Below are positions 25,950-38,859 of a stretch of 64,000 nt of DNA, one piece after another. Made by a program: the position numbers and the translations under genes. This DNA comes from Mobula hypostoma (taxonomy: Eukaryota): the NCBI RefSeq assembly GCF_963921235.1, contig NC_086109.1, positions 19,222,001 to 19,286,000 of the forward strand, read 5' to 3'. Every line of letters begins with the position of its first letter. Positions within the stretch are counted from its first letter, which is position 1. The notes under the pieces were generated by a model. The model saw only the letters and a list, made by a program, of their open reading frames with translations. It ran no database searches and was not told the origin of the DNA.

Positions 25950-26550
25950 AATGGTCACTGTGGTTGGGGTTGACTATGGATGTTGCGTCCCAGCTGTCTA
26001 CATAATTCACAAACTAATATGCAAGCCAGGACAGTCCAATATGGAGAGCAATCTGTTGCACTTGTAGCTGGCTCCCCCTCTCCGTTCAGCTGATGAATCC
26101 AAAGGAACGGCAGACACCAGTACAGTTTGGTAATAGCTGTGCGGTGTTGCCAGTGTGTATAGAACCCAATGTAAGACTACCTTAGGGAATCTAGCTCCCG
26201 ATTTTACCTCGGGGTTTACTACCGAAACCTTCTCCATGAGTGGGTATAGCCGCAAGGCAGCGGAGGTTTGAGATCAAATTTTCCTTCTCCTAGATTAGCT
26301 GCCAGCCTTGGCTGATGTGCCCTATCTGCCGAAAGCAACTGGTTTTAAAGCACCAGTAACTCATCTTTGCCCCTCTTCCTGTCAGCAGAAACAGTTCCGC
26401 TGGGCTTAATATCTAAGCCACACATGAATGCCAGGGGTTGGACTTGGTTGTCAGAGGCTATTTGAGGCACATGCTATTGGAAGCTTTTAATAGATATGGG
26501 AGCTTATTCCCACTACCCCCTGGATATGACAACCTTAAAGAACCAGTGGT
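25950..26550 (-). mobile_element. RTE-related non-autonomous element (5'-UTR-derived)
   Basis: Homologous to 38860-39370; ggcagctaatctaggagaaggaaaa motif recalled from RTE/Expander 5' regions. Confidence 0.55.
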
Positions 26551-26929
26551 CATTACAGCATCGTTAAATGCATGTCTGATGCTGAGCAAACATCGGATAT
26601 GGTGATGTGAATCGTGTCTGGCCAATTTCCTGATGCACACTAATTGACCTAGAAGTGCCAGGTTTCTCTAACATGCACAGAGTTGCTTTTATGCACAAAT
26701 AAAACGCTCCAAATATCCAGACCTGCCACTTGTCTTTTTTTTTTGCGCTACCTTACTTTTCCTTTTCTAGTTTCTATTTATGATTTATAATTTAAATCTT
26801 ATTTTATTTCCTATCGATTTGTACTCCAGGGAGCACGAAGCGCAGAATCAAATATCGCTGTGATGATTGTACACTCTAGTATCGATTGTTTGGCGACAAT
26901 AAAGTAATAAATAAACCATGCACAAAATG

Positions 26930-27225
26930 CGGCAGGGTAGCATAGTACTATTCCAGTGCCAGCGACCCAAGCTCACTTCTGTCTGTGAAGTGTTTGTACA
27001 TTCTCCCCATAACTGTGGGGGTTTCCTCTGAGTGCTCTGGTTTCCTCCTACATTCCAAAGACACACGGGTTAGGGTTAGTAAGTGGCAGGCAAGCCATGT
27101 TGGTGCTGGAAGCATGGCTGCCCCAAACACATCCTCGGATTGCCTTCACCATTGACACAAATGGCGAATTCCACTATATGCTTCAAAGTTTCGATGCGCA
27201 TGTGACGACGCTAATTTTAATCTTA
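26930..27225 (+). mobile_element. V-SINE/HE1-like SINE
   Basis: gtttgtacattctcccc..ggtttcctctgagtgctctggtttcctcctacattccaaagac core. Confidence 0.7.
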
Positions 27226-28234
27226 TCTCAAATTGGGATAAGGTTTGTGGGGGGGGGGGTCCAATTTCTAAACACTCATGTTTTATTTTGAGGCATAATT
27301 TCAAAAGGAACTGTTTCAAATAACAAAATCCAGACTAGAGAGAGAAAGTGGGCGTAAATGGCTTCAGTTAGAGCAGCGGGGAAGAAATGGGCCAATTAGT
27401 GGGCTATGATTTTTGTATTCAGACTAATAGCTTCTCTCTAGAATAGACTGATACCGTGAGTCAGCCTTACTCAAACTGTTTGTTACATTGTATGGTATCC
27501 ACTTGGCTTGAACAGTTCAGAGTAGAGAAGCATCCATCAATTAAAAAGTGAAATATTTATAAAGTGACAGCTTTGGAAGTATTGCTTTGGAAAGGGCAAG
27601 TTTAAAATGGTGGTTGGGGATCTGAACTGGCTCATCTTTTTATTACTTGTATTGCTAATGAAAACTCAGTTCAGGCAAGGCACTATAGCAGACAACTTTG
27701 GAAACATCAATGATACTGAAGTAAGCAAGGACTATTAACCTTTACAGAGAAAGAGAGTAACTTATAGCATAACTTAAAAGCCTCTGTTTTATTTCCAAGT
27801 TAAAGCTTGTGAAATTTCCTGATGATTCTATGGCCGCTTCAGGCACTTTTTCCCAGCTGTGGCTCAGTAGCTGATACTTTAGTATCAAAAAGTTTTTCAA
27901 TCACAATTTTAATGGCGATTTTATCATGAAATGTATGACCTAAAGGCTATTCTTTACAGTGAACCGGGCTCACACCAGGGCATTCAGGTAAAGGAAAGTA
28001 CTATTGGAAACTATTTAACAAGCATATTCTCTCCAATCAGTGCCCTGATAGTTCTATTTGGCATGCATTATCTGAAAATGCATTCTGTGCATGTATTAAT
28101 GGCATGAAGAGTACAGAAACAGCAGAGTATTCAGTCCTATGAGTCTTTTCTGAAATTTAACACCAAACTTCAAAACAGTGACATAACTATGAACACAAAA
28201 GATTATTGGAAGATGCTAGAAATCAAGATCAATA

Positions 28235-28600
28235 TACACTCAGTGGTTACATTATTAGGTACCTGCTTTACCTACTAAAGTAGCCGCTGAGTGTATGTTC
28301 GTGGTCTTTTGCTACTGTGGCCCATCCATTTCAAGCTTCGACGTCTTGTGCATTCAGAGATCCTCTTTTGCACACCATTATTGTAACGTGTGGTTATTTG
28401 AGTTACTGTCGCCTTCCTGTCAGCTTGAACTAGCCCGGCCATTCTCCCCTGACCTCTCTGTTTATCAAGGCATTTTCACAACAGAACTGCTGCTCACTGG
28501 ATGTTTTTTGCATTTCGCACCACTCCCTGTAAGCTCTGGAGACTGTTCTGTGTGAAAATCCCTGGAGATCAGCAGTTTCAGAGATAATCAAATCAAATCA
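28235..28600 (-). mobile_element. Tc1-like deleted element (partial)
   Basis: TACACTCAGTGG..TTATTAGGTAC terminus; reverse complement of 23705-24220. Confidence 0.75.
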
Positions 28601-29811
28601 ACTCACAGTGCATTAAGGTAGAACAAGGTAAAACAGTTGCAGTGCAGAATGAAAGTGTGAAAGCTCCAGAGAAAGTGCACTGTTAGATCACAACAAGGTA
28701 GACTGTGAGGCCAAGAGTTGTCTTTTCATACAAGAGGTCGGCTCAAGCATTTGCTAATAGTGGGATGGATGCAGTCTTTGAGTCTGGTGGTAAAAGCTTT
28801 TAGGCTTTCATATCTTCCATCTGATGGATGGGTAGAGAAGCCAGTAGAAGTGGTAGATGCAAGGTTAATTGTAACATTTAAGAGAAGAATAGATAGGTAC
28901 GTGGATGACCCAGGTCTACGGTCCACCTGCAGGTAGATAGGACCAGGCAGAAGACCACACAGGCACAGACTGGAAGGAGCAAAGAGTCTGTTTCTGTGCT
29001 GTGGAGCCCCATGACTTTATGAGCTAGCCCTCCACCACTTGACTGGCCATCAATACTGATGCACTAAGATTTATATTCTTTTCCAAAAAGTGAGAGTTAT
29101 TAAAAAAAATCTCCCTTAGTCTTATCACGTAGCTTCAATGACCATAATTTACTTAAAAACTAGGTTAAATCACCCTGTCTCCCACCTGGAGGCCACCTTG
29201 GCAGACACAGCTACTCCTCGACAGAAGGACAGCACTACGGCTTGTGAAACATGCATGTCTGTGGCCATCTGGCCAATAAAACCTGAGGAACATGTGCTTT
29301 GCAGGCCATCTGGTGCAGCAAGAATTGATCGCAGGCTCAGGACCAGCCAAGATACTTTGCCCAAGGCTACAATCCAAAGAAAGGCTCACTTTATAAACAC
29401 TGAAGATGCACAAAAATTGTGGTCATCTCTGCCTTCAGTGCACTTCATGTTTCCTTCTATGCTTTCTCCATTGCTCACTAAATCTTATCATATCAAAGTG
29501 CACATAAACACAGTATCTAGCCCACTGTTTAGATAATGGCCTTCTGGAAGAAATATTCTTTCATCCCATGCTCCTTCTCTACGGCCCTGGAAATCTGTCT
29601 CCCTTCACGTGCTTATCCAGCTCACTTCTGTAAGTATCCATTAACATTCTTTTCATAACACTGTTAGGAACTGCATTCCAGATCAGAATCAGAAGCTTAA
29701 AAGAAGTTGCAATTTTGCCAGTTCTTTTCCCAACTATTAATTTTGTTCTTCTGGTTATCCTCTGCAACAGAAAACAGTTTATCCCTCCTTACCATCAAAC
29801 TTTGCATAATT

Positions 29812-30292
29812 ACAATCCGTGGCTACTTTATTAGACACACCTGTACACCTGTTCATTAATGCAAACATCTAAGCAGCCAATCATGTGGCAGCAACTCAAT
29901 ACATATAAATGTGCAGACATGGTCAACAGGTTCAGTTGTTGTTCAAAGCAAACATCAGAAAAATGAAAAAGTGTGATCTAAGTGACTTTGTCCGTGAAAT
30001 GATTGTTGGTGCCAAATGGGGTGGTTTGAGTATACGGAGAATGGTGCAAAAAAGAAACAAAAAGCATTCAGTGAGTGGCAGTGGGTGAAAACACCTTGTT
30101 AATGAGAGAGGTCAGAGGAGAATGGCCAGAATGAATCAAGTTGACAGGAAGGCGACAGTAACTCAAATAACCATGCATTACAACAATTGTCTGCAGAAGT
30201 GCATCTCTAAACAACACATCAAACCTTGAAGTGGATGAGGTACAGCATCAGAATACCACAAACATCCACTCAGTGGCCACTTTATTAGGAGG
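29812..30292 (+). mobile_element. Tc1-like deleted element
   Basis: Same family as 23705-24220. Confidence 0.8.
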
Positions 30293-30557
30293 TAAGCAAT
30301 AAAGTGCTCAGAGCTCGTGATGTTGCCAAAGCTTTCAAGTTCTGAGAAAGGGTCTTTGATCAAAAATATCAATTACTTTCTTTTTCTTACCTGCTGAAAG
30401 TTTCTAGCATTTGCCTGTTTTCTTCAGATGTTTTCCTACATGAGCAATTTTCAGATTGTCTTTGATGGTCTTACCTTTGTTTGCAGGAATGGAGAGTATA
30501 CAGGTGTACCAACGGTTGCTATGTCATTGTGCCTGTCACTGTGATCCACATGTACGT

Positions 30558-30880
30558 TACTGTGCAAAAGTCTTAGGCATATGTAAAGAAATTCTGTAAA
30601 GCGAAGATGCTTTCAAAATTAAAATCAGTATTTCGTGTGGCCAACCTTTGCCTTTAAAACTGCATCGATTCTCTTAGCTACGCTGTCATGCATTTTAATA
30701 AGAAAATCAGCTGGTAGGTTGTTCCAAGCATCTTGGAGAAATTGCCATGGTTCTTCTGGAAACTTTCGCTGTCTGGCTTGCTTCTGTCTCTCCAGGTAAT
30801 CACAAACAGCCTTGATGACAGCCATACTATCTGAAACCATATAAAAAATCTAGGGTGCCTGAGACTTTTGTAGAGTGTTG
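30558..30880 (-). mobile_element. Second Tc1-family deleted element (transposase C-terminal remnant)
   Basis: TIRs tactgtgcaaaagtcttaggca / tgcctgagacttttgtagagtg; LQDAWNNLP..RIDAVLKAKVGHTKY. Confidence 0.8.
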
Positions 30881-30992
30881 TAAGTACAGTGAAAAAGGTA
30901 ATTTCTCTTGCTTTAAAATTCCCTGCTTTCAGTGATTCAAACAGTAGGTCTTCCTACTTCTATTTGGCTTTTTTGCTCTCACCACTAATTTG

Positions 30993-31563
30993 CATTCAGT
31001 GGACATTTTATTAGGTACAGGAATATGCCTAATAAAGTGGCCACAGGAGTGGAACTGGGAGGTGTGGTCTTTGGCTGCTGTAGCCCATCCACTTCAAGGT
31101 TTGACGTGTTGTGTTTTCAGAGATGCTCTTCCGCACACCACTGTTGTAACACGTGGTTAGTTTAGTTACTTCCCTGTCAGCTTGAACCAGTCTGGACATT
31201 CTCCTCCGGTGTCTCTTGTTAACAAAGTTTTTTGTCCGGAGAAATGAACCCGCTAGGTTTATTTTTGTTTTTCACTCCATTGTGTGTTAAAGCGTAAAGA
31301 CAATTGTGCATGGAAATCCCAGGAGATCAGCAGTTTCTGAGATAGTTAAACAACCCATCTGGCATCAACAATCAATCCATGGACAAAGTCACTGAGAGCA
31401 CATTTCTCCCCCTTTCTGATGTTTTGGTTTGAACAACAACCAAAACTCTTGACCATGCCTGCATGCTTTTATGCATTGAGTTGCTGTCACATGATTGGCT
31501 GATTAGATATTTGCATTAATGAACCGGTGACAGGTGTACCTAATAAAGCAGCCATCGAGTGTA
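30993..31563 (-). mobile_element. Tc1-like deleted element
   Basis: Termini cattcagtggacattttattaggtac / gtacctaataaagcagccatcgagtgta. Confidence 0.8.
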
Positions 31564-32084
31564 GAAGGTAATTTCTGGTCTCTAGTAAATGAATTATGAC
31601 AAACAGATATCTAAATTTTAGAAATGCACCCTTCACACCCTAATCAGCATTAGCAATTTAAATCTCTCAAAATAGCAAGCGACCAGGATTCATTTCTTGG
31701 GCAAAGAAGGTAGATTGTCCAAATTATTTGTCAGATATTCAAATACAGTGCATGAATAATGCATCAAACAATTGTAATCTTTGCGTTCCAGATGCTTGGA
31801 ATGCAAAATGTATCAGTGGAAAGCTCATTATGTGCAATAAACATTATTTGTTCCCCTTTCTGACACTAATCTGTATTCATTGTCTGTATTACACATCGGC
31901 TGTTCACAGGCTGAAGGCCAGTCAGTACCACGAGATCATTTCATTCCAGCTGAGTGTTCAATGTGGTGGCTGACATCAGGTTTGTATCTCCAGCAAATCT
32001 GTTCTGCTTCCCAAAGTAATGCTGTGGGTTCCTCCTTAACCCATGCACTGCTAAAAAAAATCTCTAAACCATGCAGTAACCTTT

Positions 32085-32395
32085 ACCCAGCTGAATAAAC
32101 AGCAACTCCATATGGTGGCACAGTAATCGCTACTAGCCCTGCTGATTTAGCGCCACAGTTACACAGTGATTCATCTTTACCCTGACAATGAACACCAACT
32201 CCATATGGTTTATGGAGTGAATGACTTGTGTACCCTGCTGAATATGCAGCCACTCTACACAGCTACACAGTGAGAAGCCCTAACCTTCTCAGGTAAACAA
32301 CTACCATGTGTGGCTGTGCGGTGTTTGATCCTTGGCCTTGCTGAATAAAAGCCACTCTGCACAATTACTAACATTTATCCTCCTGAATAAGGCAG
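32085..32395. repeat. Degenerate ~50-bp minisatellite
   Basis: About seven units starting CCCTGCTGAATAA-like, followed by CAGCCACTC/CAACTCCATATGG and ACACAGTGA. Confidence 0.55.
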
Positions 32396-32399
32396 TCCA

Positions 32400-32725
32400 T
32401 AACACTCGTAAACATGGCACAGGAACAGGCCCTGCGGCCCACGAAATCTGCATTGAACACGATGGCAAATTAAACTAAATCTTTTCCACCTGTACATGAT
32501 ATACAGTACATCCCTCTATTTCTTGCACATGCAACCGCTTAAACAGCACTAACCCTGGCAGTCTGCTCCAATCATCTGCCACTTCCTCTGCAAAAAGGAA
32601 CTTATCCTGTACATTTTCTTTAAACTTCCCTTTCTCACCTTAAATGCAAGTCCTCTGGTACTTGACGTTTCTCTCCTGGGGAAAAGATTTTGTCTTCCCC
32701 GTCTATGCCTCTCACAACTTGTTTT
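32400..32725 (-). mobile_element. CR1 3' fragment
   Basis: LFPRRETSSTRGLAFKVR on the minus strand; 3' UTR caggccctgcggcccac. Confidence 0.65.
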
Positions 32726-33130
32726 CTTCAATAAACAGAAGAACTGCGTAGTTCTTGTAAATAACTTTTACCTCTCCTAGACATCCAGCATATCTCCTCA
32801 AAATGTTCTGAGGTCAGAGAGTAGAATGATACTGAGCAAAGGACAATATTCAGCCCAGTATCACATTGAAAGAGGCAGAGGCACTCAATACTCATAATTT
32901 AAGAAGTCCAATTTAATCCCACAGCCTAGTTTTATTTTGTAATCTTGCAAAAAGACAGTCAGCTGAATATAATTGCAGAATACCTTTTAGATGTGGCACT
33001 CCAGATCCAATCAGTCTTTGGGTGAGGACATCTCTTTTTTTAATGATTTGAGAATTTTGACACTGGTATAAATTTACCCTTTTTGATTTCCTGTGTTGAA
33101 TCGACCCCTCTCACTTCAGGTCCCCTAGAC

Positions 33131-33211
33131 CAGTGGTTCCCAACCTGTTTTCCCGCCATGGACCAATACCATTTAGCAAGGGTTCCATGGACCCCAGGCT
33201 GGGAACTCCTG
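33131..33211. mobile_element. hAT (Charlie-like) MITE, 81 bp
   Basis: TIR CAGTGGTTCCCA/TGGGAACTCCTG; TSD ccctagac/ctctagac (NTCTAGAN-type target). Confidence 0.8.
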
Positions 33212-33314
33212 CTCTAGACTGATATTTTATTTCTTTCCTTAAAAGATCTTAACCTTATTTACACTCAGTAGTTAATTTTTGCGAATGGACACTGGGGTGG
33301 GGGAGGGGGGAGAA

Positions 33315-33440
33315 TCACAAACAAAGTCTGCAGTTGCTGGAAATCCAAAGCAACATACACAAGATGCTGGAGGAACTCAGCAGCTCAGGCAGCATCTCTG
33401 TAAAAAAGTGAACAGTCGATGGTTTGGGCCGAGACCCTAC
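33315..33440 (-). mobile_element. Penelope pseudo-LTR remnant
   Basis: gctggaggaactcagcag..acagtcgatggtttgggccgagaccct. Confidence 0.6.
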
Positions 33441-33760
33441 CAGTGGCTTTTTGACAAATATTGCTGCTGAGTAAATTTGGAAACTTCATTTGACTGGGCA
33501 TAGGGGAAATATAGGTAGATCTGTTCCAAACAGACAATATTTGGCAACAAATTCTGTACCCATAGTTAAATCTCCTTCAACCACCCTTTAAATCTGCATG
33601 TATCCAAGATATTTTGGTAATTATTTTCACTCACTATCCTTTAGCTATTGACTCAACTCTCAGTGGGAATTTGCTCCAAATTCATCTCACCAAAATGCTT
33701 TATCTTTTTGAATATTAAATCATTGACAGTTGTAAGGAAAATGACATTACCTTTGTTGTG

Positions 33761-33860
33761 CCTTGACGAAGGGTCTCAGCCCGAAACGTCGACTGTACCT
33801 CTTCCTATAGATGCTGCCTGGCCTGCTGCGTTCACCAGCATTTTTTGTGTGTGTTGCTTT
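33761..33860 (+). mobile_element. Penelope pseudo-LTR remnant with hammerhead core
   Basis: TTGACGAAGGGTCTCAGCCCGAAACGTCGACTG. Confidence 0.7.
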
Positions 33861-33959
33861 ACTTTTGTTTTCTCCTTTTACCTGAATTCCCAAATCTATT
33901 GTGCCATTTTAGTAAGTCTACCTTTCACCATTTTTTTAAATTACAGTATCATGGCTTCA

Positions 33960-35010
33960 ATTCTTTAGCCAGCAACACCTCTGCCATATCTACCCTCAGC
34001 ACAGATGCCCCACAACTTTGCATCCTCATCCCCCTATTCTACTCCACCAGCACTTCTGACGATTTGGCCAGATTCTTTCAAACTTAATCTACAGATTTGC
34101 AGATGACACTACTGTAGTGGACCCTATCTCAAATAACGATGAGTGGGAGTATAGAAAGGAGAGAGAAAGCCTTGTGGCATAATGTCATGATAATAACTTT
34201 TCCCTCAATGTCAACAAAACAAAAGGGCTGGTCATCAAATTCAGGAATTGGGGCAGTTCACATGCTCTTGTTTATGTCAACAGTGCTGAGGGCAGGAGAT
34301 TGAGAGCTTCAAGTTTCTAGGAGTTAACATCACCCAGAGCTTGGCTTGGTCCAACCATGTAGACATCACTGCCAAAAAAGCACACTAGCATCTCTTCTTC
34401 CTCAGGAGGCTAAAGAAATTTGTCATGCCCTTGTAAACCCTTACCAATTTTCATAGACGGGTGATGGAGAGCATCATAACCATCTACATGGTTTAGTATG
34501 GGAAAGGGTCTGCCCGGCACTGCAAGGAGCTGCAGAGCTGTGGAAACCACTTAGTACATCACGGAGACCAGTTGCACCCACCCCCAAAGGACCCTGTCTA
34601 CACTTCTGACTGCCTCAGTAAAACAGCCAATATTATCGAAGAACCCACTCACTCTAAACATTTTCTCCTCCCGCCTTCCATCGGGCAGAAGGTACAAAAG
34701 CCTGAAAGCGCATGCCACCAGGCGCAGCAACAGCTTCTATCCTGCTACTATAGGACTATTGAATCATCCCTTAGGACAATAAGATGAATTCTTGACCTCA
34801 GAATCGACCTTGTTACGGTCATGCATGTTACTGATTGTCTGTATTACATTTTCTCTGTAACTAAGTACACTTTATTCTACATCCTGTTACTGTTTTCCTT
34901 TCTATTACCCCAACGCACTGTTGTAATGAAATAATCTCTATGGATGGTATGCAAAACAATGGTTTTCAATGCATCTCTGTACATGAGACAATAATAAACC
35001 AATTTACTCT
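33960..35010 (+). mobile_element. Rex1/Babar LINE 3' fragment
   Basis: PQLCIL, RFADDTTVVD, LNVNKTK, SFKFLG, FFLRRLKKF. Confidence 0.75.
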
Positions 35011-35879
35011 AGTGTGATGCCTAGAAATGGATGCCAATACTCCAGATATAATAGACCATGAGTTAAAGCTTTGAAAAAGACCTAACAGACAGCATGGGTT
35101 GTAAAATACCCATTCTCTTGGTAATAGTAAGAAAGCAGTAATATAGATCTTTATATTGTCTGCCGAGACTTATCATTCTCATCAGCTATCAGTTCAAGTG
35201 TATATCCAACATCATAGTAAGTGGAAATATACCTCCCTCTGATCATTGAACAATTGATTGCAGTCACTATACGCCCAAAACACACTAACAAAGAAACAAA
35301 GGAAACAGTTCAACGTAATTAAGTACAATGTTGTTGAAATTACCCAATATGAATATGTCTAAAAAAATTTCCAGTGATGAGCTGATTACATTATGAATAT
35401 TTTAATATATTAATATCTTGATTAGTGAATGAATGTTTAATATATTAATATGCAGATTGGAATTCAACCAGTGTATTAGCATAATGTTTGAAGTGTAAGT
35501 AGGTAGATTGAAGTATTCATGTATGAATCAAGGTTTGGACAGTTCAGGAATTAATGTGTGTAACTCAGTCTACAAATTTTAATGCCTTGCTTGTGTGCTA
35601 ATCTTTGCTAAATGAACATTAAGAAAAAAATTGGTTGTTAGGATGTCAAGCAGATTGCCATCACCCAGGATAAGTCCTCTTATCATTGCTAACATCAAGG
35701 AAGAGGTACATACTCAGTATTTTAGGAACAGCTTCTTCCACTCTGCCAGCAGATTTCTGAACGGACAATGACCCCATGAACACTACCTCACTATATATTA
35801 TTTTTATTTGTTGTTCTCTTTTTGCACCACTTATTTAATTTAATTTTATATATAAATTTTTTTTTGTGTGTATATATAT

Positions 35880-38845
35880 AGGTAGAATGACATAGATAGA
35901 ACTAGGAAAGAGGTTCTACTGAGAGAATTTGAGCAGTTAGGGACTAAATTAAAAAGCAGAACCAAAAAGGTGGTAATCTGGATTACTACTTGAGCCATGT
36001 GCAAATTGGCACAGGGTTAAGAAGATTAGAGTGTTAAATGCGTAGTTCAAGGAGAAGTGGGTTTGAACTTATGGGAAACTGGCACCAGTATTAGGTAAGG
36101 AGGGAGCTGTTTCATCTGGACTGGCTCCACCTGAACGGTGATGGGACTTGGATCCTAGAGAATCGCATAACTAGGGTTGTGGATAGGGCTTTAAACCGTG
36201 GAGAGGGGTTCAGCAGATTGGAGAAGTAGGGATAAAGTAAAGAAGAAAAATGTGGATAAAAATAAAGTAAAAGCAAAAGCTAAAAAAAGACATAAGTAAG
36301 GGTGGAGTGCAGAAAAGTCAAGTGCATAAGAGACAAAGATTACTAGATTTTAAAGGCACAATGAGTGTAAAGGCACTTTATCCGAATGTCCATAGTATTT
36401 GAAACAAGGTCAATGAATTTGAGGCACAAATCAGAATAAAGGGGTATGATTTAGTGGCCATTTCAGAAACGTGGTTGCAGAGTGGAGAGGATTGGGAATT
36501 AAATATCCAAGGATATCAGGTAATACAGAAGGATAGGCAGGAAGGTAAGGGAGGTGGGGTGGCGCTCTTAATTAAGGATAAGATCAGGGCGATGGTGAGA
36601 GACGATATAAGATCCAAGGAACAGAATGTTGAATCCATTTGGGTGCAGATTAGAAATAGTAAAGGGGAAAAATTATTGATGGGAGTTATCTGTAGGCTAC
36701 CAAATAGTAACATTACAGTGGCACAGGCAATAAACTGAGAAATATCTGAGGCATGTAAGAATGGAACAGCAGTAATCGTGGGAAACTTTAACTTGCACAT
36801 AGATTAGGTGAATCAAGTTGGTCAAGGCAGTCTTGAGGAGGACTTCATAAAATGCATACGTGATGATTTTCTTGAACAGCATGTTACTGAACCTATAGTG
36901 GAGCATGCTATCTTCGATCTGGTCCCGTGCAACGAGACAGGTAAAATTAGCAATGTTGTAGTTAGGGATGCTCTTGGAAAGGGTGATCACAGTATGACTG
37001 AGTTTCTCATACAAATGGAGGGTGCAATAGTTTGATCTAAAACAGGTGCATTATGCCTAAATAAGAGAGATTACAATGGGATAAGGGAGGAGTTGGATAG
37101 GGTAGACTGTGAACACAGGCTATATGGTGGGATGGTTGAGGAACAGTGGAAGACTTTCAAAGAGATTCTTCACAGATAGAACTGAAAAGGGTGATCAAAG
37201 TGAACGTAGGTCCCTTAGAGGAGAAAGGGGAATTGATATTGGGTAATGAGGAAATGGCCGTGGCTTTGAATGACTATTTTCTGTCAGTCTTCACAATGGA
37301 GGACATGTCTAACATGCCAAAGAGAGGTGATATGGATGTGATGGGAGGTGAGTACATCGATAGAATAACTATCACTGAAGAGGTAGCATTGAGCAAACTT
37401 GTGGGCCTAAAGATAGTCTAGTTCCCTGGTCCTGATGGAATGCATCCCAGGGTACTGAAAGAAATGGCAGAAGTTATAGTAGAGGCTTTGGTGATGATTC
37501 AAAAAAGGATGTAGGCAAAAGGTAGGTAACAATAGGCCAATTAGTTTAACATCTGTAGTTAGGAAAATGCTTGAAGCTATCATTAAAGAAGAAATGGTGT
37601 GGCACCTGGAAAGAAATGGATCCATCAGGCAGACACAGCATGGATTCAGCAAAGGCAGGTCCTGTTTGATAAACTTACTGGAGTTCTTTAAGGATATAAC
37701 AAGTGCAGTGGATATAGGGGAACAGATGGACGTTATTGACTTGAATTTCCAGAAGGTGTTCGATAAGGCGCCATAGAAGACTTATCCGTAAGTTAAGGAT
37801 AGATGGAGTTGGGGGTAATGGATTTGTATGGATAGAGCATAGGTTACCCAATAGAAAGCAGAAAGTTGGGACACATGGGTGTTACTCTGGTTTGCAATAT
37901 GTAGTGACTGATGTGCTGCAGGGGTTGATGCTGACACTAAATTGAGTGGAAGAGCAAATTGTGTGGAGGATACGAAGAGACTGTAAAGAGATATAGATAG
38001 GTTAAGTGAATGGGCAAAGATCTGGCAGATGGAGTACAATGTTAGTAAATGCAAGGTCATGCACTTTGGAAAGGAAAATGGAAGATCAGATTATTATTTA
38101 AATGGTAAATGATTGCATCATGCTGCTATGCAGAGGGACTTAGAAGTGCTTGTGCATGAATCACAAAAGGTGGGTTTGCAGGTTATTGCAGCAGGCTATC
38201 AAGAAAGCAAATGGAATGTTGGCCATTGCTAGAGGGATTGAATTTTCGAGTAGGGAGGTTATGCTGCAACTGTACAGGGTACTGATAAGGCCACACCTGG
38301 AGTACTGCATGCATTTCTGGTCTCCTTACTTGAAGAAGGATATACTGACTTTGCAGGCGGTGCAGAGGAGGTTCACCAGGTAGATTCCAGAGATGAGGGG
38401 AGTAGACTAGGAGGAGAAATGGAGTTGCCTGGGACTGTACTCACTGGAATTCAGCAGGATGAGAGGAAATCTTAGAGAAACATAAGATTATGAAAGGGAA
38501 AGACAAGGTAGAGGCAGGAAAGTTGTTTCCACTGGCAGGTGAGACTAGAACTAGGGGACATAGCCTCAAGATTTGGGGGAGTAAATCTAGGAAGGAGATG
38601 AGGTGGAACTGCTTTTCCCAAAAAGTGGCAAATCTGTGGAATTCTCTGCCCAATGAAGCAGTGGAGGATACCTTGGAAAATATATTTAAGACAAGATTTT
38701 TGCCTAGTAGGGGAATTAAGGGTTATGGGGAAAAGACAGGTATGTGGAGGTGAGTCTATGGTCAGATCAGCCATGTACTTATTGAATGACGGAGCAGGCT
38801 AGTCAAGCTAGATGGCCAACTCCTGCTCCTATTTTTATGTTCTTA
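35880..38845 (+). mobile_element. CR1 LINE, decayed (ORF1 end, APE, RT with internal deletions)
   Basis: ISETWL..GGGVALLIK, QHGFSKGRSCLINLLEFF..NFQKVFDK, LYRVLIRPHLEYC, WNSLP; many stops. Confidence 0.9.
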
Positions 38846-38859
38846 AGTTTATATATATA

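Noticed and set aside
32085..32395. CRISPR-like array
   Set aside because: Eukaryotic context; units are degenerate throughout with no unique spacers and no cas genes.
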